This document shows, one piece after another, positions 1 through 9,762 of a stretch of 32,000 nt of DNA (position 1 is the stretch's first letter; every line of letters begins with the position of its first letter). The notes under the pieces were generated by a model that had not been told where the DNA came from, made no database searches, and saw only the letters and a list, made by a program, of their open reading frames with translations. Made by a program: the position numbers and the translations under genes. The stretch lies in NCBI RefSeq assembly GCF_000284115.1, contig NC_017080.1, positions 3,210,001 through 3,242,000 of the forward strand. Direction: 5' to 3'. The DNA is from Phycisphaera mikurensis NBRC 102666 (GTDB lineage Bacteria; Planctomycetota; Phycisphaerae; Phycisphaerales; Phycisphaeraceae).

Positions 1-9
1 CGCTCCGCC

Positions 10-1125
10 ATGGCATTTGGTCTCAGCAGCAAGAACCGCACCTCGCCGATCGCGGTCGACTTCGGGAGCGACACGCTCAAGGTGCTCCAGATCGACAGCA
101 GCGAGCGGACCGAGATCATCGCGGCCGGCTCCGCCGTGCTCAGCGACGACGCCCGCACGAACCCCGCGGCCCGCATGGCCTTCCTCGAGGAGTCGCTGAA
201 GAAGATCCTCCGCGGCCTGCCCTTCCGCGGACGCCGGGCGATGCTCGCGATCCCGGGCTACCAAACGCTGATCCACAACTTCACGATGGACCGCTGCGAC
301 GACGAGGACATCGACGCGATGGTCGACCTGCAGCTGCAGGAACGGCTCGGCGTGCAGGCCGCCCGGATGGTCACGCGGAACACCAAGACCGCCGACCACC
401 ACCGCGGCGGCTCCGAGAAGACCGACGTCAGCTGCCTCGCCGCCAAGCGGGACCTGGTGATGAGCTATCTGCAGCTCGCCGGACGCTGCCGGCTCGAGGT
501 GGTCGGCATGCACCCCGAGCCGATCGCCCTGATCCGCGCCTTGAGCGACCGCGACGCCGGCGTGCCCGCCGCGGCCGTCGACGACCGCAGCGTCGCCCTC
601 CGCGGCACCCGGTCCGGGCCCTCTCCGGCCCGGCTCGTGCTGGACTTCGCCCACGCGACCTCCCGCGTTCTGATCCTCGAGGGCGAGACGCTGCGGCTCG
701 CCCGCACGATCCACGCCGGCGGCCTCCACCTCACAAGGCAGCGGACGCGCGAGAGCGGCGAGAGCTTCCTCGCCGCCCGCACCAAGCGTCGCGCCGAGGC
801 CGCCGCCGAACCCGGCGACACGCCGCTTTCCTGCCGCGTTGCGGAACTGCTCATCGAGGAGCTCCGGATGACGCTGCGGCACCACCACGCCCGGCACCCG
901 GCCTCGCCGGTGACGCGGGTGCTGGTGTGCGGCGGCGAGGCCGCGTCCGAGCCGCGCCTGCGCGCTCTCGGTGCGGCGTTGAGCCTGCCGGTCAGCCGCT
1001 TCGACCCGCTCGCCGGCGCGGCGGCGGGCCCCGGTCCCTCCGCCCTCTCCGGCGTCGACCTCGCCGCCGGCACCGGCGGCTGGGCCGTGCCCTGGGGCCT
1101 CTGCCACAGCGAGCTGAACCTCTAA
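10..1125 (+). CDS. PilM-like type IV pilus / T2SS actin-fold assembly protein
   Basis: 371-aa ORF starting MAFGLSSKNRTSPIAVDFGSDTLKVLQI (PilM-type ATPase fold N-terminus, GxDxGxxxxK-like); directly followed by PilN-, PilO- and GspE-like ORFs. Confidence 0.8.
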   Translation: MAFGLSSKNRTSPIAVDFGSDTLKVLQIDSSERTEIIAAGSAVLSDDARTNPAARMAFLEESLKKILRGLPFRGRRAMLAIPGYQTLIHNFTMDRCDDEDIDAMVDLQLQERLGVQAARMVTRNTKTADHHRGGSEKTDVSCLAAKRDLVMSYLQLAGRCRLEVVGMHPEPIALIRALSDRDAGVPAAAVDDRSVALRGTRSGPSPARLVLDFAHATSRVLILEGETLRLARTIHAGGLHLTRQRTRESGESFLAARTKRRAEAAAEPGDTPLSCRVAELLIEELRMTLRHHHARHPASPVTRVLVCGGEAASEPRLRALGAALSLPVSRFDPLAGAAAGPGPSALSGVDLAAGTGGWAVPWGLCHSELNL

Positions 1126-1182
1126 GCCCCGACGGGCTCGACGCATCCCACCCGCCCATCCATCGCTCCCCCCGGTGCTCCC

Positions 1183-1929
1183 ATGAACAACAAAGCCAGC
1201 TTCCTGCCCGAGGACTACCTCGACCGCCGCCTCGCCAAGCGGAGCCACGCGCTCTTCCTCACGCTCTTCGCGGTGGTGATCCTCGGAGCGATCGGCTCCT
1301 TCGTCGTCCTGCTCTCGCAGCAGCGCGAGGCCCGCGAGGCGCACGACGAGGTCGTCCGCCGGATCCAGGTCGAGAGCACGCAGCTCGAGACGATCAAGGC
1401 GCTGGAGACGCAGCGCGAGGCGATGATGCGGAAGGCGGCGATCACCGCGACGCTCATGGACCCGATCCAGAAGAGCAACGTCCTGGCGGAACTGATCAAC
1501 CACATGCCGCTGCCGGTCTCGCTCACGGAGGTGGAGGTCGAGACCAACGTCGCGACCCAGCGGGTCGTCACCCGCTCGGCCCTCCAGCAGGCGAGCCAGC
1601 GGGCCGCCGCCGCCGCGGAGGCGGAAGCCCCGCCGCCGCCGCCGCTGCGCACCGTCGTGCTGCAGGTGACCGGCATCGCGCCCTCGGACCTGGATGTCTC
1701 GACCTTCATGGTGTCGCTCCAGACCCACCCGCTCTTCGCCGACGTCGAGCTGCTCGAGACGCGGCAGCAGCGGATCGACGAGGAGAAGCTCCGCGAGTTC
1801 AAGATCAAGCTCGAGCTCGATCCCAACCTCACGATGGCCGACCTCGAGCCGACCCGGCGCGACCGCACCCTGACGGTGAACCCGATGGGCGGCGACATCG
1901 TGATCGAGCCCGCGGGCTTTCAGAACTGA
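1183..1929 (+). CDS. PilN-like fimbrial assembly membrane protein
   Basis: 248 aa, N-terminal cytoplasmic segment (LPEDYLDRRLAKR), a single TM helix (LFLTLFAVVILGAIGSFVVLL), then coiled coil and C-terminal ferredoxin-like region; position between PilM- and PilO-like genes. Confidence 0.7.
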   Translation: MNNKASFLPEDYLDRRLAKRSHALFLTLFAVVILGAIGSFVVLLSQQREAREAHDEVVRRIQVESTQLETIKALETQREAMMRKAAITATLMDPIQKSNVLAELINHMPLPVSLTEVEVETNVATQRVVTRSALQQASQRAAAAAEAEAPPPPPLRTVVLQVTGIAPSDLDVSTFMVSLQTHPLFADVELLETRQQRIDEEKLREFKIKLELDPNLTMADLEPTRRDRTLTVNPMGGDIVIEPAGFQN

Positions 1930-2014
1930 ATCGGCGGCAACGCCGCTCCCCGGCCCCGACGGGCCCCACACCCCCTCCCCCAGATCCCCGCCTCGGCGGC
2001 CCCCGGAGCCCACC

Positions 2015-2563
2015 ATGCGTTTCAGCATCCGCGAAGCCCTCTACCTCGTCGTCCTCCTCGCCGTCGCCGGCGGCACCTGGCACTTCGGCATCACCCCGGT
2101 GCGGGCGAACATCGCCGCCTACCGCGAGGACACGGCCATCCGCGAGGGCACCCTCGCCGAGCTGGACAAGGCCAAGGCCCGCTACCCCGACTTCGACGCG
2201 GAGATCCGCCGGCTCGAGACCGCGATGGGCACCTTCTCCGAGAAGCTGCCGGAGCGGAAGGAGACGGCGGACATCATCCGCGGCATCACCGAGATCGCCA
2301 CCGCGAACCAGCTGACGGTGACGACCGTCAAGCCCGCCGCTCAGCTCGCCGCCGCCGGCTACATCGAGCTGCCGATCCGCCTGGAGATCGAGGGCGACTT
2401 CGACGGCTTCTACAACCTGATCCGGCAGATCGAGAACCTGCCGCGGATCACCCGGATGCCGGCGATGACGCTGGAGCGGCTCAACCGCGGGTCCGATGGG
2501 GTGGTGAGCGCGAAGCTCACGCTGTCGATCTTCTTCGAGGGCGATCCCGACGCCGACGCCTGA
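2015..2563 (+). CDS. PilO-like type IV pilus inner-membrane protein
   Basis: 182 aa with N-terminal TM, coiled coil, and typical PilO wording (FDGFYNLIRQIENLPRITRMPAMTL). Confidence 0.75.
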   Translation: MRFSIREALYLVVLLAVAGGTWHFGITPVRANIAAYREDTAIREGTLAELDKAKARYPDFDAEIRRLETAMGTFSEKLPERKETADIIRGITEIATANQLTVTTVKPAAQLAAAGYIELPIRLEIEGDFDGFYNLIRQIENLPRITRMPAMTLERLNRGSDGVVSAKLTLSIFFEGDPDADA

Positions 2564-2627
2564 AGGCCTCGCCGCCCGCCCCGCCCCGCCCCGCTCCCCC
2601 ACCCAAAGCACCCACGAAGGACCGACC

Positions 2628-3401
2628 ATGCTCGACAGCGACCACCAGCTCGACCCCGCGGACGCCGCGGGCCCTTCCGCCAAGGCCGGCGGGAGCCTCC
2701 CGCTCCTGGGCGACTTCGGCCACGACGCCGACGTCGACGAGTTCGACGTCGGCTACGACGGCTCCGCCGAGGGCAAGCGCCTCGCCCAGCAGTCCGCTGC
2801 GCTCATCGGCCTGGTGGTGGTGCTGGCGGTGGGGATGCTCGTCGGGATGCAGCTCTTCGGGGCGACCGGCGAGGCGACCGACTCGACCGCCGAGATCGCG
2901 AGCATCGAGGACTTCATCCGCAAGAGCCAGCACCCCGATCTCGTCTCCAAGGCCGATCCGCAGCACCCCGACCGGCTCGCGGCGATGTTCTCCGAGGCCG
3001 ATCGGATCGTCGAGAAGATCTCGATGACCTACCCCGAGAAGCGGGTGGACGTCGCGGAGATCCAGAAGAACCCCTTCGCCCGCCCCGAGGCCGAGGTGCT
3101 GGTGGCCACGCCCGACGTCGACGCCGAGGAGGAGCGGCGGAAGAAGCAGCTCGTCTCGCTGACCGCCGAGGCCGGCCGCCTGAACCTGCAGAGCATCATG
3201 GGCAGCGGCACCCGCTCGGTCGCGGTCATCGACGGCGACTTCTACCGCACCGGCCAAGCCATCGGCGGCTTCCGGGTCCGCGGCATCGAGGACGGCCGCG
3301 TCTCGCTCGTGCCGCTCGCCTTCGAGCCGCGTCCCGGCGACCCCGAGTTCACGCTCTCCATCGAGTCGGAGATCTCCCGCGTGCCGATGCAACGCTTCTG
3401 A
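2628..3401 (+). CDS. Single-pass membrane protein, PilP/GspC-like C-terminal region
   Basis: 257 aa; TM ALIGLVVVLAVGMLVGMQLF; C-term LNLQSIMGSGTRSVAVIDGDFYRTGQAIGGFRVRGIEDGRVSLV resembles the small beta-domain of PilP/GspC; located before the GspE-like ATPase gene. Confidence 0.5.
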   Translation: MLDSDHQLDPADAAGPSAKAGGSLPLLGDFGHDADVDEFDVGYDGSAEGKRLAQQSAALIGLVVVLAVGMLVGMQLFGATGEATDSTAEIASIEDFIRKSQHPDLVSKADPQHPDRLAAMFSEADRIVEKISMTYPEKRVDVAEIQKNPFARPEAEVLVATPDVDAEEERRKKQLVSLTAEAGRLNLQSIMGSGTRSVAVIDGDFYRTGQAIGGFRVRGIEDGRVSLVPLAFEPRPGDPEFTLSIESEISRVPMQRF

Positions 3402-3468
3402 TCCGCCCGGACGCCGCGGCTCCGCCCGCTCGCGCCGTGCCGCCACGCCCCTGACCCACGCCAACCCC

Positions 3469-5385
<1,917 letters not shown>

Positions 5386-5459
5386 GGGTTGGTGCCGCCG
5401 GGCGGCACGCTCCCCCGCGCCGGCCCGCGTGCACAGGCCATCCGTCCTCGGGACGCGGA

Positions 5460-6329
5460 TCAGGCCCCGGGGCCTGCCCGACGCGCCCCCACGACGATGG
5501 CCACCGCGCCGTGCGGGGCCCACGCCCGCTCGAACGCTCCGGCGTCGAGGGTGAGGCCTTCGCCGGACACGCCGGCGGGGTCGTGCACGCGGACGCCGCC
5601 GGCGCCATCGAGGCCGGTGATGACCAGGAGGTGCCCCTCGGTTTGCGGCATCACGGCGCCGGGCAGCCCGCCCTCCTCGTACGCGATCGAGGCGATGACC
5701 GGGCCGGACGCGCGGAGCCAGCCGGCCAGGACCGACCAGGAGCGGGCCTGCCGCACGACGGCCGGCCGGCCGGCGGCGGTCGCGACGGCGGCGGCCCGCA
5801 GCCAGTTGCCGTAGAGGTCGTGCCGGGGATCCCGCACCGCGGCGGCGACCCGCGGGAGCGGGCGCGGGAGGCCGTGGAAGCCGAGCACCATCGCCAGCGA
5901 GGTGGGGCAACAGGTGCGGCCGGCCATCGGCTCGGGCAGCGAACGCTGCGTGAGGAACGGGACCGCGTGCGCGACCACGCCCGCCGCCGCGGCGTCGCCG
6001 AAATGACGAACCGGCCCCGCGCCGCCCAGCGTCACCGACCCGAGCCCGCCGCTCCGCACCCGAACCGCTTCGGCCGGCGACCCCAGGCGCAGCACGTCCA
6101 CCTCCACCGCGTCGCGGTCCGCGGCCGCCTCGCCGGGCCCCAGCACCGCCATCCACGGCGACCACACGCCCGCCCGCCGCACCGCGAGCTGCAGGGTCGC
6201 ATCGTCGAGCGCGCCCCGCGGCTCCACCGCCAGCAGGAGGCGGTCAACCCCGGGATCCAGCGGCACTTCACCGCCCCCGGGAACGGCGTGGACCTCCCCC
6301 GGCACCAGCTCCGGCGCCCCGGGCGTCAC
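5460..6329 (-). CDS. C39-like papain-fold peptidase family protein
   Basis: Minus-frame protein from an inferred GTG start at 6329: VTPGAPELVPGEVH...; contains GRTCCPTSLAMVLGFHG, GHLLVITG and VHDPAG (Cys/His/Asp triad layout of Peptidase_C39_2). The 454-aa track ORF (5460..6824) is over-extended through the neighbouring deaminase gene. Confidence 0.7.
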   Translation of the reverse strand: MTPGAPELVPGEVHAVPGGGEVPLDPGVDRLLLAVEPRGALDDATLQLAVRRAGVWSPWMAVLGPGEAAADRDAVEVDVLRLGSPAEAVRVRSGGLGSVTLGGAGPVRHFGDAAAAGVVAHAVPFLTQRSLPEPMAGRTCCPTSLAMVLGFHGLPRPLPRVAAAVRDPRHDLYGNWLRAAAVATAAGRPAVVRQARSWSVLAGWLRASGPVIASIAYEEGGLPGAVMPQTEGHLLVITGLDGAGGVRVHDPAGVSGEGLTLDAGAFERAWAPHGAVAIVVGARRAGPGA

Positions 6330-6781
6330 CGCCCGATGTCCTCGTGCCAGAGGTCCGGCTGCCCGGCGATGAAGGCCCGCATCATCTCGACGCAGCGGGG
6401 GTCGTTCACCGGGATCACCTCCACGCCCGCCGCCCGGAACAGGTGCTCGGGGCCGGCGAAGGTCGTGCTCTCGCCGATGACGACGCGGCGGACGTTGAAC
6501 AGCAGCGACGTGCCCGTGCACATGACGCAGGGCGAGAGCGTCGACACGAGCGTGAGCGACGACCAATCGCGGCGGCGGCCCGCGGCCCGGACGCAGCTGA
6601 CCTCGGCGTGCGCCGTCGGGTCGCCGTCCTGCACGCGGCGGTTGCGGCCGCGCGCCACGATCTCGCCGCCGCTGGTCGCGAGGACGGAGCCGATCGGCAG
6701 GCCGCCCTCGGCGAGGCCGGCCTGCGCCTCTTCGTAGGCCGCGTCGAGCAGGCGTCGGTCGGTGTCGGTGGGCTCGGCCAT
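6326..6781 (-). CDS. Nucleoside/cytosine deaminase, close to the yeast Fcy1 type
   Basis: 151 aa with zinc motifs HAEVSC and TLSPCVMCTG, and C-term VIPVNDPRCVEMMRAFIAGQPDLWHEDIGR, closely matching the recalled C-terminus of yeast cytosine deaminase (VVVDDERCKKIMKQFIDERPQDWFEDIGE). Confidence 0.85.
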   Translation of the reverse strand: MAEPTDTDRRLLDAAYEEAQAGLAEGGLPIGSVLATSGGEIVARGRNRRVQDGDPTAHAEVSCVRAAGRRRDWSSLTLVSTLSPCVMCTGTSLLFNVRRVVIGESTTFAGPEHLFRAAGVEVIPVNDPRCVEMMRAFIAGQPDLWHEDIGR

Positions 6782-6960
6782 CGGCGGACCTTAAAGCTCG
6801 GACGCTTCCGCCGCCGTGTTCCACCGGCGCCCGCCGCCGCTGGTCTCACGTCCTTCTCGGGTTCGCGCCTTGCTTCCTGCCAGCCTCGAGGGTTGATCCC
6901 GCACGAACGCGGGCACGAGGCCGCTGGACCCGTCGGCGAGCGGAGCCGGGGAACCGGGCG

Positions 6961-7902
6961 ATGCCGCGGGCCGCGGTACCCTTCCCGCCGCTCATGGGCC
7001 TCCTCGTCCTCCTGGCGGCCTCGGGCCTTCTCATCGCCTTCGCGGGCACCTGGCAGCTCGTGCGCGGGACGGATCGACCGGGCGGGCGCGGCGTCGCGTG
7101 GTGCATCGCGAACGACCGGCCGTGCGACCCGGAGGACCTGGGGCTGCCCGCGGACCGCTGGCGGGACCGCGTCTTCAGGCTCTCCCGCGGGGAGCAGACG
7201 CGGGGCTACGAGATCGACGGCGGCGACCCCGACGGCCCGCTGGTGCTGGTCGTCCACGGCCACTCCGCCGGCCGCCACCACGCGATGGCCACCCTCGCTT
7301 GCGCGGTCCCGGTCGCCTCGCGCGTCGCGGCGTTCGACCTGCCGGGCCACGGATCGGTGCAGAAGCTCTTCTCGCGGCAGGGCCTGCGGGAGCCCGAGGA
7401 CGTCGCGGTCGTGCTCGGGCAGCTGCTCGCCGAGCGACCGGCGGGCACCCCTGCCCCCCCGGTCGTGCTGTTGGGCTACTCGATGGGGGCTCAGATCTCG
7501 CTCGCCGCGGCGGCGGGCCCGCTGCGCGGCCAGCTCGCCGGCGTGGTCCTGCTCGCGGTGTACCGCTACCACGGCGAGCCGATCCGGGCCTTCCTGCGGG
7601 AACACGGCCTGCCGTGGTGGCCCTTCCAGCCGCTCGGCGACCTCTTCACCGCGGTCCGCACCCGCGGGGCCTCGCGCTTCGACCGCGTCGAGGCCGCGGC
7701 CGACGTCGACTGCCCCGCGCTGCTGCTGTCCTTCCGCGACGACCCGCTGTGCCCGCTGGCCTCCGCCGAAGCGATCGCCGCCGCCATCCCCCACGCCCGG
7801 CTCGAGGTCTTCGACGGCGTGGACCACACCGACTTCCACCTGAGGGAGCCGCAGCGCTACACCTCCCTGGTGCAGGACTTCCTCCGGAGCCACCGGCCAT
7901 GA
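6961..7902 (+). CDS. Membrane-anchored alpha/beta hydrolase
   Basis: 313 aa; N-terminal hydrophobic helix (LMGLLVLLAASGLLIAFAGTW), LVVHGHSAG oxyanion region, GYSMGA nucleophile elbow, DHTDFH near the C-terminus. Confidence 0.8.
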   Translation: MPRAAVPFPPLMGLLVLLAASGLLIAFAGTWQLVRGTDRPGGRGVAWCIANDRPCDPEDLGLPADRWRDRVFRLSRGEQTRGYEIDGGDPDGPLVLVVHGHSAGRHHAMATLACAVPVASRVAAFDLPGHGSVQKLFSRQGLREPEDVAVVLGQLLAERPAGTPAPPVVLLGYSMGAQISLAAAAGPLRGQLAGVVLLAVYRYHGEPIRAFLREHGLPWWPFQPLGDLFTAVRTRGASRFDRVEAAADVDCPALLLSFRDDPLCPLASAEAIAAAIPHARLEVFDGVDHTDFHLREPQRYTSLVQDFLRSHRP

Positions 7903-8627
7903 ACGACGACACGACGACAACGCCGCTCGCGGCCCGCATCGACCACACGATCCTCAAAGCCGAGGCGACGGAGGACCAGGTCGACACCGTCACCGACGAG
8001 GCGGTCGCTCACGGCTTCGCCTCGGTCTGCGTCAACCCCCGCCACGCCGGCCGCGTGCGGGAGCGTCTCGACGCGGCGGGCTCGGCCGCGAAAGCCTGCG
8101 TCGTCGTCGCTTTCCCGCTGGGGGCGAACGCCGCGACGCTCAAGGGGATCGAGGCGGTCGCCTGCCTCAAGGCCGGGGCGCAGGAGATCGACTTCGTCGC
8201 CCACCTGCCGTCGCTGCTGGCGGAGGACGCCGAGGCGGTCCTCGCCGACTTCCTCTCCGTCACCGTGCCCGCCCGGGAGCGGGACGGCGGCTGCGTGGTG
8301 AAGGCGATCCTCGAGACGGCGGCGCTCGCCGCCGGCGTGTCCGACGATCGGGCCGAGGCCCGCATCGCCGTCGGCTGCCGGGCCGCGGCCGAGGCCGGCG
8401 TCGACTTCGTGAAGACCTCGACCGGCTTCCACCCCGCCGGCGGGGCCACCGAGCAGCACGTGCGCTGGCTGCGGGCCCACGCCCCGCGCTTGGGCGTGAA
8501 GGCCAGCGGCGGCATCCGCACCCGCGACGACGCCGAGCGCATGCTCGCCGCCGGCGCGACGCGGCTGGGCTGCTCCGCCTCGGTCGCGATCGTCGGCGGG
8601 AACGCCGCCGCGGCCGGCGGATACTGA
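7899..8627 (+). CDS. deoC: Deoxyribose-phosphate aldolase
   Basis: 242 aa; RIDHTILKAEATEDQV, FASVCVNPRHAG, CVVVAFPLGAN, VVKAILETAAL, FVKTSTGF, GVKASGGIRTRDDAERMLAAGATRLG are DeoC signatures. The ATG overlaps the preceding stop (ATGA). Confidence 0.95.
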   Translation: MNDDTTTTPLAARIDHTILKAEATEDQVDTVTDEAVAHGFASVCVNPRHAGRVRERLDAAGSAAKACVVVAFPLGANAATLKGIEAVACLKAGAQEIDFVAHLPSLLAEDAEAVLADFLSVTVPARERDGGCVVKAILETAALAAGVSDDRAEARIAVGCRAAAEAGVDFVKTSTGFHPAGGATEQHVRWLRAHAPRLGVKASGGIRTRDDAERMLAAGATRLGCSASVAIVGGNAAAAGGY

Positions 8628-8658
8628 ACCCGCGACCGCGAGCCCTCCGAGGACGATC

Positions 8659-9390
8659 ATGAACGGAACCCTCCGCCTGGGAAGCATCTTCGGCATCCCG
8701 CTGCTCCTGCACTGGAGCTTCCCGCTGCTGCTCGCCTGGGTCGTGTGGACCGGCAGCCGGGCCGGCGCGTCCCCCGCGGAGATCGGCCTGAGCTGCGTCT
8801 TCGTGCTGGCGATCTTCGGCTGCGTGCTGCTGCACGAGTGCGGCCACGCGCTGGCCGCCCGCCGCTACGGCATCTCCACCCGCGACATCACGCTGCTGCC
8901 GATCGGCGGCCTCGCCCGCCTGGAGCGGATGCCGGCGACGCCGGCGGGCGAGATCGTCGTCGCCCTCGCCGGCCCGCTGGTCAACGTCGCGATCGCGCTC
9001 GTGCTCGGCGGCTTCTTCCTGCTCCGCGACGGCATCGCCGAGACGCTGAACGTGCCGGTCGATCCCTTCGCCGGCGGCTTCGCCCGGCGGCTGATGGCCG
9101 TGAACGTGCTGCTGGTGCTCTTCAACCTCATCCCGGCCTTCCCGATGGACGGCGGGCGGGTGCTGCGGGCCGTGCTGTCTCTGCGGCTGGGCCCGGCCCG
9201 CGCCAGCCTCTACGCCGCTTACGTGTCGATGACCCTCGCCGCCGGGTTCGCCGCCTGGGGCCTCCTCGGCGGCGGGGGGCCGTTCCTGCTGCTCATCGGC
9301 GTGTTCATCTTCATCGCGGCGCGGGCCACCGCGTCCAACGCGAAGCGGCTGCTCGCGGGAAGCCTCCCGCCGGATCGGGCGGGCCGCTGA
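8659..9390 (+). CDS. M50 / site-2 protease family zinc metalloprotease
   Basis: 243 aa multi-TM with HECGHALAARRYGI (HExxH) and NLIPAFPMDGGRVLRAVLS (NPxPxxDGG-type motif). Confidence 0.92.
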   Translation: MNGTLRLGSIFGIPLLLHWSFPLLLAWVVWTGSRAGASPAEIGLSCVFVLAIFGCVLLHECGHALAARRYGISTRDITLLPIGGLARLERMPATPAGEIVVALAGPLVNVAIALVLGGFFLLRDGIAETLNVPVDPFAGGFARRLMAVNVLLVLFNLIPAFPMDGGRVLRAVLSLRLGPARASLYAAYVSMTLAAGFAAWGLLGGGGPFLLLIGVFIFIAARATASNAKRLLAGSLPPDRAGR

Positions 9391-9426
9391 AGCCGGCCCC
9401 TTTCCGGGCCGCCGCTCGCGCACCGC

Positions 9427-9562
9427 GCGCAATTTTCCGATCGCCTCTGCGGGCGAGTCGTGCCCCTCGCTTCGTCGGCTGCATCGCCCTGCAGGGGCAG
9501 GGCTGCTTCGCCTCCTCACGAGGAACACGACGCGCGGACGCAGGCCGATCGGAAAATTGCGC
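9427..9562. repeat. 17-nt perfect inverted repeat enclosing a further-paired 102-nt spacer
   Basis: GCGCAATTTTCCGATCG (9427-9443) and its exact reverse complement CGATCGGAAAATTGCGC (9546-9562). Confidence 0.9.
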
Positions 9563-9693
9563 ACGATGCTCTAGGAGGAGCGGGTCTCGCGTCCCGCGAG
9601 AAAACTTCGAGATCGACCGGCCGGACCATTTCAGAATGCTAGAATCCATCACCGCGGGTCTCCGCCCGCGGCTCCCACCACCCCCGGAAGCGT

Positions 9694-9730
9694 CCGGTGT
9701 CTCTTCGTGAGGCACCGGGCGTTTTTTTTG
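9694..9730 (+). terminator. Rho-independent terminator
   Basis: CCGGTGTCTC-TTCGT-GAGGCACCGG (10-bp stem with one G.U) followed by GCG and about 8 T. Confidence 0.85.
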
Positions 9731-9762
9731 CGCCGCGGACCGCGGGACCGGGCACAACAGGA

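Larger units (their letters stand above)
9427..9730 (+). ncRNA. Candidate structured non-coding RNA or structured 3' UTR ending in an intrinsic terminator
   Basis: Nested long hairpin 9427-9562, a 7-bp hairpin at 9585-9601, a 7-bp hairpin at 9652-9671 and a terminator at 9694-9730, with no convincing ORF. See findings. Confidence 0.4.

Noticed and set aside
6785-6960. Possible SRP/4.5S RNA on the minus strand (GGCAGGAAGCAAGGC)
   Set aside because: Superficial match to GGAAGGAAGCAGC only; the pairing partner and the symmetric-loop sequence expected for SRP helix 8 are absent.
9427-9562. CRISPR-like or riboswitch interpretation of the structured region
   Set aside because: Only one inverted repeat pair and no direct repeats; it lies downstream of one gene and the next gene is convergent, so it cannot be a 5' leader.
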